Assembly (NCBI GenBank): GCA_005223035.1
Contig: NJBK01000011.1
Location: 2,339 to 66,338, forward strand
Direction of reading: 5' to 3'
DNA: 64,000 nucleotides
Origin: Chloroflexi bacterium B3_Chlor
GTDB taxonomy: Bacteria; Chloroflexota; Anaerolineae; UBA7937; B3-Chlor
Part shown: piece by piece, positions 30,394-39,576 of the stretch
Layout: each line of letters starts with the position of its first letter
Numbering within the stretch: the first letter of the stretch is position 1
Notes under the pieces: model-generated
The model's database searches: none
Told to the model about the DNA's origin: nothing
Seen by the model: only the letters and a program-made list of their open reading frames with translations
Position numbers and translations under genes: made by a program

Positions 30394-31676
30394 TATCTCA
30401 TCACTTCGGCGGGATGCTCGTCTTCTGCAGATTCCCCAGGCTCAGCCTTGTTGGGCAATACCGACCCTCCTGTTGGCAGCAGAAACACAAGGGGCAGACT
30501 CAATAGCAGGACAACTGCACTGGTGGTGAAGGCCAGGGACAGGCCGAAGAGGTCCCCCAAGGCCCCCAGGATCACTGCGCCCCCGGACTCTGTGAGGAAG
30601 GCCAGGGATAGGTAGAGTCCGTTGGCCAGCGCTCGTTGATCGGGGCAACTCTCCTGCACCACTGCCATCAGGATGACCTGGGTAGGGACGATCGTGAGGC
30701 CCAGAGCGACCAGGACGGGGACCATAGCCCAGCCACTGACCATCAGCAGCACGAACAGCAGCAGCGGCGGCGCAAGCATGAAGACGAACAGCACCCGTCG
30801 CCGACCCCAGCGGTCGCTCAAGGAGCCTCCGAGCAGGGAGCCGACCATGCCGGGTCCCGCTACAATGGAGACCGACAAGCCGGCAAACCACAGACTGGCG
30901 CCTCGCTCGGTGAGATAAGTTGGCAAGAAGATGAATAGCGCCGCAACCATCAAGCCACGCATCACGGTGATACCCACCAGCGGCACGAGAAGCGGTCTCA
31001 AGGCTCCCAACCCTGCGCGGAACAAGCCCCTGTCTCCGATGGTAGTTGGGGGTGCCGGCACTCGCCTGAGCCGCACGAAGAGGATAGCAGAAGCGATCCA
31101 GCCGCCCACCATCAGCCATGGAATACCCTCGAGGGTTAGGAGATTCACCGCGCTAACGACGATGATCGGGCCCAACGTGTATCCCAAGGTGCCCCCGACC
31201 ATCCACACGCCCAGGCCGCGCCCCAATCTCGTGCCGGAAAGGCGGCCCGCGATGGCCGGCGCTACAGCATGCAAGCTGGCCGAACTGAGGCCCGCTAGTA
31301 TTACCAACAGAGCCACTACCGCATAGCGGGGCGCCACACCCAGTAAGCTCATCATCGTCGCAACGACTGCAGGAGAGAGAATGACGAAGTACCGCAAGCT
31401 GACCCTATCTGCCAGATAACCGATAACTGGCTGGAGCAGCGAGGGAGAGGATTGGAGAAAAGCCAGCAGCCCCGCCTGGGTCTTGGACATTGCCAGCTTG
31501 GTGATTAGCGCCGGCAAGAGCGGTGCCAGGAACGACGTGTATGTGTCGTTCGTCGCATGGGCGAAGCTGACGCTGAGTACTCCGCCCGCTTGGTAGTCTT
31601 GGCCTTCGGCTATCTGAGTGGCCGTGGCGACTTCGCTTTCCCTCTGGCGGGCAGTATAGTTGGTCGTGGGTCGCAT
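30393..31676 (-). CDS. MFS transporter, Fsr-like (paralog 3)
   Basis: AHATNDTY, LLQPVIGYLADR, GSLSDRWGRR. Confidence 0.9.
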   Translation of the reverse strand: MRPTTNYTARQRESEVATATQIAEGQDYQAGGVLSVSFAHATNDTYTSFLAPLLPALITKLAMSKTQAGLLAFLQSSPSLLQPVIGYLADRVSLRYFVILSPAVVATMMSLLGVAPRYAVVALLVILAGLSSASLHAVAPAIAGRLSGTRLGRGLGVWMVGGTLGYTLGPIIVVSAVNLLTLEGIPWLMVGGWIASAILFVRLRRVPAPPTTIGDRGLFRAGLGALRPLLVPLVGITVMRGLMVAALFIFLPTYLTERGASLWFAGLSVSIVAGPGMVGSLLGGSLSDRWGRRRVLFVFMLAPPLLLFVLLMVSGWAMVPVLVALGLTIVPTQVILMAVVQESCPDQRALANGLYLSLAFLTESGGAVILGALGDLFGLSLAFTTSAVVLLLSLPLVFLLPTGGSVLPNKAEPGESAEDEHPAEVMR

Positions 31677-31706
31677 GACTATCTCATCATTCCGTCGCGA
31701 TTCTCA

Positions 31707-32020
31707 TCAGGACGCCGCCATCTTGAACGACTCGGATCCCTCTTTGGGCAGCAGAAGCACAAGGGGGAGGCCGGCCAATATGATCACTGCACCGGTGGCC
31801 AAAGCCAGCCGCAGGCTGAAGAGGTCTCCCAGAACACCCAATACCACCGCACCCACGGACTGAGAGATGAAGGTGAGAGACGAATAGACACCGTTCGCCA
31901 GTGCCCCGTTTGGAACCCTTCGATGGCACTGACGACAGGCCCGGCGCCTTCAGCCCGCTCAACAGTGGGCGTGAGTTCGTCTTCTGAGAGACTTGCAGTG
32001 TTGGTGCTTTTGCCTGGCAT
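31707..32020 (-). pseudogene. internally deleted Fsr-like MFS transporter (paralog 2)
   Basis: N-terminus MPGK...EGFQTG joined out of frame to the last TMs ALANGVYSSLTFISQSVGAVVLGVLGDLF...*. Confidence 0.8.
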
Positions 32021-32077
32021 GATCAACTCACTGGTATCTTGCTCCAGTGACTGTTTCGACAGGGATGTCCGTTTGGG

Positions 32078-33298
32078 CTACGCCGGTTGCCTGCCTGGTA
32101 GCATGAGAAGCAGGGGCAGGCCTAGCAGTGGGATGACCGCGCTGATGGTGAAGGCAAGCCGCAGTCCAAAGAGATCCCCAACCGCACCCAGCACGATCAC
32201 GGCGCCTGATCGGATGACGAAGGCCAAGGCCATGTAGACGCCGTTGGCCAAAGCTCGATTCTCAGGGAAGCTCTCCTGCACCAAAGCCATGATCACCGGC
32301 GCGACCGACAGTGACGTGAAGCCCAGCAGCAGCAGGAGGGGGAAGCGGATCCAACCGCTGGTCGCCAAGAAGATGAACATGAAGAGAGGCGTCGCCAGCA
32401 TGGCTACGAGAAGCACAAGGCGCCGCCCCATCCGGTCGCTCAGCGAGCCCCCTGTCAGCGCGCCCACCACACCTGCTGCCTCCAGCACTGTAAGGGAGAC
32501 CCCGGCGACCCAGAAACTGGCTCCCTCCTCGGTGAGGAAGATGGGTAGGTAGGTGGTCAGTGCAGCCAGCATGAAGACACGCGCCGTTATGATACCCACC
32601 AGAGGGACGAGAAGCGGCCTCATCCCCTGCAATCCCTGGCGAAAGGAGATTCCTTGGCTGGGCTCTGGTGGCCTGCGGGGGACATCCTTCAGCAATAAGT
32701 ATAGGAGGAGCGAGGCCAACAGCCCTCCGCTCATCAGCCAAGGCGTGCCCTCGAGGGTGAGGAAGTTCACGGCGGTGACGATGATGATGGGCCCCAGTGT
32801 ACGTCCCAACTCACCGCCGACCATCCAGAAGCCCATACCCCGGCCCAGGCTGCTCCCCGACAGACGGCCCGCTATCACCGGAACTACGGCGTGAAAGGCA
32901 GCTGAGCTGAGGCCCACCACTGTCAACAAGAAAGCGAGCACCGCGTAGCGGGGTGCGATACCCAGCAGGCTCATCATGGTTGCCGTCAGTGCAGGAGCGA
33001 GGATGACAAGGTAGCGCAGGCTGACGCGATCGGCCAGGTAGCCGATGTATGGCTGGAGGACTGAGGGTCCCTGCATGAAGACGGTGAGGGCGCCGGCCTC
33101 TGTCTTGGAGAGGGATAGCTTGGCGATGAAGGCTGGCAACAGCGGCGCCAGGAAGGCCGTGTAAGTATCGTGTACTAGGTGGGCCGCGGTGATCGTGACT
33201 ACCCGGCCGGTTTGAAATACTCCGGTGTCAACCCCCGCACCGTCGGGCGCAGCTTTGAATTGGGTACCGTCCTTGATGGAATCGCTTGTCGTGCGAAT
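32078..33298 (-). CDS. MFS transporter, Fsr-like (paralog 1; apparent ATT start)
   Basis: Frame extends upstream through FQTGRVVTITAAHLVHDTY to ATT after GAGGT; no ATG/GTG/TTG before an in-frame TGA. Confidence 0.8.
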   Translation of the reverse strand: MRTTSDSIKDGTQFKAAPDGAGVDTGVFQTGRVVTITAAHLVHDTYTAFLAPLLPAFIAKLSLSKTEAGALTVFMQGPSVLQPYIGYLADRVSLRYLVILAPALTATMMSLLGIAPRYAVLAFLLTVVGLSSAAFHAVVPVIAGRLSGSSLGRGMGFWMVGGELGRTLGPIIIVTAVNFLTLEGTPWLMSGGLLASLLLYLLLKDVPRRPPEPSQGISFRQGLQGMRPLLVPLVGIITARVFMLAALTTYLPIFLTEEGASFWVAGVSLTVLEAAGVVGALTGGSLSDRMGRRLVLLVAMLATPLFMFIFLATSGWIRFPLLLLLGFTSLSVAPVIMALVQESFPENRALANGVYMALAFVIRSGAVIVLGAVGDLFGLRLAFTISAVIPLLGLPLLLMLPGRQPA

Positions 33299-33378
33299 GA
33301 TGACCTCATCTATGATGGAGCCTCACGAGCTCGAGATACTGGCAGAAGCCAGCGGCCTGTGGGCTGGCATGACAAAGA

Positions 33379-33407
33379 AGTATAGCATACGCGCTTGAGA
33401 TCGGCAA
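33379..33407 (-). promoter_or_regulatory. promoter of the MFS array
   Basis: TTGCCG-17 bp-TATACT with extended TG. Confidence 0.6.
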
Positions 33408-33451
33408 TACTCGCTCAGTTACCATCCGGTAGTACAAAGGCTCTACTCATT

Positions 33452-33716
33452 CCCCTCCCTCGATGAGAGGCCTGCCCTGAGCGCTGTCCTGAGCTTGTCG
33501 AAGGGTCCATCGAAGGGGGCTAGGGGAGGGTGAGCTGATCTCATCTCATAGTCTTATTGGCCAAGCGTGCTCGAAGAGGCTCTTCAGGTCTGCTAGCATC
33601 AACGCTCCGGCGAGAGCTCGTGTCCTTCTCACCCCCCCCTCAAGGGGGAGGGGACCTCTCCTGATCGCTGAGATTTCTGTTCCCCTCCGTTGATGGGAGC
33701 GGTTAGGGGAGGGTGA
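33452..33716. repeat. cluster of REP-like palindromes (nested)
   Basis: CCCCTCC(C/G)..GATG.GAG...TAGGGGAGGGTGA twice, CCCCCCTCAAGGGGGAGGGG, and an embedded TGTCCTGAGCTTGTCGAAGG. Confidence 0.6.
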
Positions 33717-34125
33717 TTTCACAACGTGTAGCAGCATTTGCGATCTGGCCATCTGCTGGAATGGCCCAAGGCCATGTCGAAGGTGCGGAGGGGCACCACT
33801 CAGGGATCGTGCATCAGCCAGCAGGGGACGTCCCTTGACCCCTTACCTTAGACGCTATGGATGACGAGGGCGCCCAGAGGGACTTGGTGGATAGTGCAGC
33901 AGGGGTGGCAGTTGGCTTGAAGGAGGTACGAAACCTCGCTTCGCAGGGTTGGCTCCTCGGTCAGAGTGTGGAAGTTGCCTCCACCCTATGAGATCGCCAG
34001 GTCTGCTAACTGCATCACTTTCGACCAAGAGTGAGGCGGTGATAAGTCGATTGTCCCGTGCTGTCAACTCACCGGCGGTAGTTCCGACGTTGCAGACGGG
34101 CTGTGGCCTGAGGAGAGAGCAGGGA

Positions 34126-34158
34126 ATAAACAGGGGACGGCCCTAGGGCCGTCCCCTG
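34126..34158 (-). terminator. intrinsic terminator after the DUF11 gene
   Basis: Perfect hairpin CAGGGGACGGCCCTAGGGCCGTCCCCTG followed by TTTAT on the minus strand. Confidence 0.7.
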
Positions 34159-34204
34159 AGTGTGTGCGTGGCGCTTGCCTGATCGTCGGCGCCGCTCCGC
34201 TCCC

Positions 34205-37200
34205 CTAAGGTGTAGAATCGGGGCTAGGATACTCCTTCAGCGCCAGCGGTACGTAGTTGCAGATGGGATCACTTTCCGTGTAGGCGTCGTTGTTGTCATC
34301 GCAGGGGTCGATGTCGTCTTCGTAGACCAGGCTCGGGGGAGCGATCACCTCCACCGTGTTGGTGATCATCTCACACGGCACCCACTCGGGGGTGGCACTC
34401 AATGTGTAGATCACCCACCCGTCGGCTGGGATATCGGCCTGGGCGATGAAATCGACCTCCGGCCAAGGGCAATCGCCCGCAGGGCAAGTTGGCACCTCAC
34501 ACGGCACGTCGCAGTCACCGCCGTCCGAGGCACAGCACTCCACGGTGACGTTGGTGGGGGTGAAGGGCATCGTGTCGGACACGATGACCCCATGAGCGTC
34601 GCTGGGCCCCAGGTTGGTGACGGTGATGGTATATGTCACCTCTAACGAAGGCAGGGTTGTCTCAGGCTCCTGGGTCTTCTCCACCTCCAGGTCCGCCCAG
34701 GTGCTGACGATGGTGTGGTTGGAGACGATACTGTTGCCGGTGTCATCGTCGAACATGTCACTGTAGACGAGGGCGTCGTTGACCAGCAGAGTTCCGTCAG
34801 GCACCCACGACGGCACCGTAGCGGTGAAGTCGACCGTGGCAGTCAGGTCGGGGCCCAGGGTGCCCAGGTTGCAGGTCAGCAAGTAGTCTGCCGCGCCGAT
34901 GTTGGCCGTGAGGCAGTTCCCCTCGCTGGGCTTGATGCTTTGCAGGTCGATTTCGAGCAGCGACGGCAGCGGCTGGTCCCGGACCACCACGTTCTCCGCC
35001 GTGGAGGGCCCAGCGTTGGTGACCGTCAAGGTGTAGGTCAGCGTTCCGCCGGCCGCGACCTCATTCGGCCACAGCTCTGTTTCGCCGTAGCAGTCCACCA
35101 GCACCTCGCCCCAAGCCGTCTTGCTGATCTCCAGGTCCGCCACGGCGGTGATGTCGTGCTCGGCGATGGCCTGGTTGTTGGAGAGATCGGGGTCGAAGTC
35201 GCTAAGGACGACGTGGGCCACGTTGTTGATGCTCTGCGGCTCAGCGGCCTCGACGACGACGGTCACGATCCAGCGGCCCGATTCGCCGGGGGTCATGACG
35301 TCCAAGGTGCCGGTCAGGGCGCAGGTGAGCTGCAATTCGTTGGTGAACGGCCCCGATGTCGGGTCGCAATCCGCAACTGGGTCGGAGGTCACCGAGAGCA
35401 GGTCGAACTCTCCGTTGGACTTGAGGATGTCCCTCAGCTGCACATCGTGGGCATAGCCTGGTCCCAGGTTGTCCACGATGACGGTGTAGATCAGTTCCTC
35501 GTCCGCTCGAACCTCCCCGTCGGGCTTGCCGAACTTGGTGACTTTGAGGTCGGCCTTGCCCTGGATCAGGGTAGGCGCGGTGTTCCAGTCGTTGTAGTCT
35601 ATCGGGTCGTACGTTGACTCGCTGTACACGTCAGCACGGTTGCTAACCGTGCCTGGGTCCGCACCCGGCTCCACACGCGCGAAGATGGAGAAGTTGCGGG
35701 TCTCACCCGGTGGGATCGTCCCCAGCGTGCAGGTGTAGGTGTTTGTCTCACCTACCTGGAGACAGTCGTCGGTGTCGATCTCATATGTCACGGAGATGGG
35801 TAACGTGTCGGTGACCATCACGTTGAAGGCGCTCCCCGGGCCGTTGTTGGTCACCTCGATGTCGTACCGGACCTGCTCGCCGGCGTATACCTTCCACGGG
35901 TCGGCCTCCTTCCAGACGGAGAGGTCGGCCTCGTTGCTAATCTGCACCCCTACGTCGTCCCAGGCGCCGCCAGGATCAGTTGTCTCGGTGATCAGGTCAG
36001 CCTTGTTCCAGATCCAGGTCCCGTCAGGCACGTCCGGCTTGACGTACACGTCGACCAGCACCACCACAGGCCCTGGCGGGTCCGTCGGCGGGATGTCGCC
36101 CAGCGGGCAGATGAGCACGTTGGCGGCGCTCACATTGCAGGGAAGCGGTATCCCACCTTCAGATCCTTCCTTGAAGGCATAGGCACTCACGAACTCGACC
36201 TCGTCCGGCAAGAAGTCGCGCAGCCTTACGTCACGCGACACCGAAGGTCCGTAGTTGTTGATGTTGTAACGGTACGTGCGGATCTCCCCAGCACGCCATG
36301 GGAACGGCGGAGGAGCGTCTTTGTCGATATCCAAATCCGCCCGTGTTCCAACCTCGACGATCACGGACGCGCGGTCGTTGCCGTTGTTCGGATCGAAGAT
36401 ATCGCTGTACACCACTGCGTCGTTCTCCAGGCTGCCCTCGTAGTCAGGGTCGATGGCGACGCGCACGAAGACCGTGGCAGTAGCATCACGATCCAAGCGG
36501 CCCAGGCCGCAGACAATCGGCGTGGATCCGGGAGTACCTGTCGTGCAGCTGCCCTGGGAGGGACTGACTCCGAGCACCGACACCCCGAGTGGCAGCATGT
36601 CCTCAAGCACCACATTCTCGGCCGCCCCCGGGCCGTAATTGGTCACGTCCAATTGGAACCGAGCATTGTTACCAGCATAGTACGGCGGACCCGGTGGTGG
36701 CGTGACGGTACCCTTGGTGAGCCCCAAGTCCGCCGCGTTGGGCGGCAGTATCAGGTTCGTGGCCGTGTCCGTGTTGTTAGCTAGATCAGGATCCAAAACG
36801 AGGTCGGTCGTCATCGACACCTGAGCGGTGTTGGTGATTTCGACCGTATCCGTAACCATGTAGTCCGGTGCGACGAGCGCGTGGATGTCGAATTGGACGC
36901 TGTCGCCGGCCGGGATCGTCCCCAGGTCACACTCCAGCACCTCGGGGGGACCCGCGCTGACGAGATCGCAGTTGTCGGTGTCGATCTCGTAGTGCAGTTC
37001 GATCGGTAGCGTATCTGTGACCATCACTTCTGGCGCATCGGCCGGGCCGTCGTTGGTCACCTCGATGTGATAGACCTTCTGCTCGCCGGGATAGATCTTG
37101 GGCGGCTCGCTCGTCTTCTCGATGGACAGGTCGGCCTCAAGCGTCAACCCCTCGGGACACCAGCCGAAGTACTCGAGAGTGTCTGAGTATATTGGCGACC

Positions 37201-38536
37201 ATTCGAAGGGGATGTCGATACGCGAGTCGGCGAACCACCCTACCTGTGGGAAGTCGAAGGGGTCGTCGACGCCAAAGCTGTCTCCGCCGCCAGAGGGGTC
37301 ATCGTCGGGGATGATGTTGCACACGTCATAGAAGCCTGCATCCCAGTCAACGTCGGAGTTGACAAGCACCTGGAGATGGACCATGTTGATGCCGTTGGGC
37401 GGAATCTCATCCAGATAGCAGTGCACGCCGCGGAAATCCTGCCACCAGGGCCAAGGCAGGGAATCGTGGTAGGTGCAACTGCCGGTGCCCTGCTCGATCC
37501 AGTAGTCCAGGAAGGTCACGCCGTCGGGCAGCAGGTCCACGAAGTGGAGCATGTCCACGGTGGACGGCCCGGCGTTCCTGACCCGGATCTCATACTCCAT
37601 CTCCGCACCAGGCACAACTACGTCGGGGAAGCCCCACTTGGTGATGGCTAACTCGGAGAAGGTGTAGACTTCGAGAATGAGGGAGGCGCGGTTGTTGTCA
37701 TTATCTGGGTCGAAGATGTCGCTGTTGACCCAGGCGTCGTTCTCCAGCTCACGGTAATCGAACGGCAGTTCCGCATCGACATAGTCAGGGTCGATCTTGA
37801 CTGTTACCTGGACGCTTTCGCTAGCATCCCAGGCCATCTCCCCCAGGTTGCACGTCAAAGGTGCCAAGGGGTCGCCCGGTATCCCCGTGGTGCAGGAACC
37901 CGACGACGCCGAGACACTCTCCACCGTCACCCCCGCGGGCAGCAGATCCTCGACCACCACGTTAGTAGCCGGCAAGGGGCCGGTGTTGGTGACCCTCACG
38001 GTGAACTGAACGGTCTGGCCGGCATAAGGCGCATAGTCATTGGCGATCTTGGTGATCTCCAGGTCCGCTGCGATCGGCTCGAGCACCAGGTTTGTGGCCG
38101 TGTCCGTTACCACACCGTTTGCGGTCGCGGTGTTGGTGATGGTGCCTGGCGGTGTGTCCGGCAGGACCAGGACCCAGATGTCGAAGCTGCGACTGTCGCT
38201 AGGCGGGATGGGCCCCAGATCGCACTCCAGTACCTCGGGGGGACCGGTGCTGACCAGATCGCAGTTGGCGTTGTCGATCTCGTACTCCACCTCGACCGGG
38301 AGGGTATCCGTTACCAACACCTGCGGAGCATCAGACGGGCCGTTGTTGGTCACCTCGATGTGATAGACCTTCTGCTCACCGGGGTAGACCTTCATGGGCT
38401 CGCTGGTCTTCTCGATAACGAGTTCCGCCTCCTGCAAGAGTGGGGCCGCTGACACCAGCGCGGCACTCAGGGCTATGAGTGCTGTGAGAAGAATTGCCGT
38501 GCCGACCAGTACTGTGAGCTTAGCTCGTGAATTCAT
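34205..38536 (-). CDS. large secreted DUF11-repeat surface protein (1443 aa)
   Basis: Signal peptide; about 9 ADLxIxK...VTNxGPxxAxxVxVxDxLP...LG...N.A.V repeats; C-terminal YVPLALK. Confidence 0.92.
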   Translation of the reverse strand: MNSRAKLTVLVGTAILLTALIALSAALVSAAPLLQEAELVIEKTSEPMKVYPGEQKVYHIEVTNNGPSDAPQVLVTDTLPVEVEYEIDNANCDLVSTGPPEVLECDLGPIPPSDSRSFDIWVLVLPDTPPGTITNTATANGVVTDTATNLVLEPIAADLEITKIANDYAPYAGQTVQFTVRVTNTGPLPATNVVVEDLLPAGVTVESVSASSGSCTTGIPGDPLAPLTCNLGEMAWDASESVQVTVKIDPDYVDAELPFDYRELENDAWVNSDIFDPDNDNNRASLILEVYTFSELAITKWGFPDVVVPGAEMEYEIRVRNAGPSTVDMLHFVDLLPDGVTFLDYWIEQGTGSCTYHDSLPWPWWQDFRGVHCYLDEIPPNGINMVHLQVLVNSDVDWDAGFYDVCNIIPDDDPSGGGDSFGVDDPFDFPQVGWFADSRIDIPFEWSPIYSDTLEYFGWCPEGLTLEADLSIEKTSEPPKIYPGEQKVYHIEVTNDGPADAPEVMVTDTLPIELHYEIDTDNCDLVSAGPPEVLECDLGTIPAGDSVQFDIHALVAPDYMVTDTVEITNTAQVSMTTDLVLDPDLANNTDTATNLILPPNAADLGLTKGTVTPPPGPPYYAGNNARFQLDVTNYGPGAAENVVLEDMLPLGVSVLGVSPSQGSCTTGTPGSTPIVCGLGRLDRDATATVFVRVAIDPDYEGSLENDAVVYSDIFDPNNGNDRASVIVEVGTRADLDIDKDAPPPFPWRAGEIRTYRYNINNYGPSVSRDVRLRDFLPDEVEFVSAYAFKEGSEGGIPLPCNVSAANVLICPLGDIPPTDPPGPVVVLVDVYVKPDVPDGTWIWNKADLITETTDPGGAWDDVGVQISNEADLSVWKEADPWKVYAGEQVRYDIEVTNNGPGSAFNVMVTDTLPISVTYEIDTDDCLQVGETNTYTCTLGTIPPGETRNFSIFARVEPGADPGTVSNRADVYSESTYDPIDYNDWNTAPTLIQGKADLKVTKFGKPDGEVRADEELIYTVIVDNLGPGYAHDVQLRDILKSNGEFDLLSVTSDPVADCDPTSGPFTNELQLTCALTGTLDVMTPGESGRWIVTVVVEAAEPQSINNVAHVVLSDFDPDLSNNQAIAEHDITAVADLEISKTAWGEVLVDCYGETELWPNEVAAGGTLTYTLTVTNAGPSTAENVVVRDQPLPSLLEIDLQSIKPSEGNCLTANIGAADYLLTCNLGTLGPDLTATVDFTATVPSWVPDGTLLVNDALVYSDMFDDDTGNSIVSNHTIVSTWADLEVEKTQEPETTLPSLEVTYTITVTNLGPSDAHGVIVSDTMPFTPTNVTVECCASDGGDCDVPCEVPTCPAGDCPWPEVDFIAQADIPADGWVIYTLSATPEWVPCEMITNTVEVIAPPSLVYEDDIDPCDDNNDAYTESDPICNYVPLALKEYPSPDSTP

Positions 38537-38890
38537 TTCTTCCTCCTTGTTGCATGTTGCATGGGACTTCGATTGTGCTTGGTTGTGAGGTGTACTGCTG
38601 AGTGAACAACACGATCACCTGGCCTCCGCTCAGGTCCAGGCCAATCGGCGCCCCGCGATGAAGCTCCCTGGTAGGGGACATGGCCGATTGTGAACGAGCG
38701 GAAGCTAGGCAGAAAGATTTCGGGGCGAAAAGGGGTAAGGGGTTGTTCCGTGTGGGCACGCAGGAAGCGTGAAGCCACACTCGCGGCTGACCGTAGAGAT
38801 CGGGGTGACATCTTCGCTCCAGTGAGAGACACTGTAGTCTTCCTACCATCAATGGTCAAGCCCAGACATCACGTGGTCGGGCCAGAAACT

Positions 38891-38937
38891 AAGTAGTACT
38901 ATGGTACTACTTTACCACAAAATCGAAAACTTGTCAA
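38891..38937 (-). promoter_or_regulatory. promoter of the DUF11 gene with overlapping palindromic operator
   Basis: TTGACA-17 bp-TAAAGT; AAGTAGTAC-TATG-GTACTACTT overlaps the -10 and start region. Confidence 0.7.
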
Positions 38938-39576
38938 GTTGGCGAATGCAACGAACCTTGGCTTGCTTTCCAGTCTGTATAGCGTAGAACATGTGAAAAA
39001 GGTACGGGCTCGTGGCGATACCGTATGGCGCCAACACCTGTAGTGTCGAATGTTGTTCCCTTGGAAAACACGCACCAATCCCTCACGAAAGCAACAGTGT
39101 CCCACATTGGGTTGTGTGTGCATCACACTGAGCTCGGTTGCCGTCTAAATGAAGTCTGGATTGCTCAAAGGCAGGGTCCCGTGCCGGGGCAGTGGTGGGG
39201 CCCGGCGACATTTGGGTGCAGCCTCACAGTGAGGCCAGGCAACACACCCTGCCCTCAAGGAGAACGATGTATGCATCGTCTCCAAGGGTATTGGAACCAA
39301 GGACAGCAGTGGTCGGCGAGGGTTGTACCACGAGAGGCAAGAGGGAGATTCGGACCGCCAAGATGATCGCGCCTGCGTTCGCCCCCTCTCCCCGCCTCTC
39401 ATCAATGAGGACTTCGTTCTTCGACACTCTCAGGATGCTTGGTTCGGTGGGGCCTCGGTCCTTCCCCGGCCTACACGTGGTGCTTCCTCGATACGCTTTT
39501 CGGCTTGCCTTGTGGGAAGCACTGAGGATGCCTACAGTGGCGCCCGTGAGCCCAGTGGGAGCTAGTAACCTGGGCT

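Noticed and set aside
38940-39570. Short ORFs between the DUF11 and GT-C genes
   Set aside because: No recognisable motifs or convincing RBS; treated as intergenic
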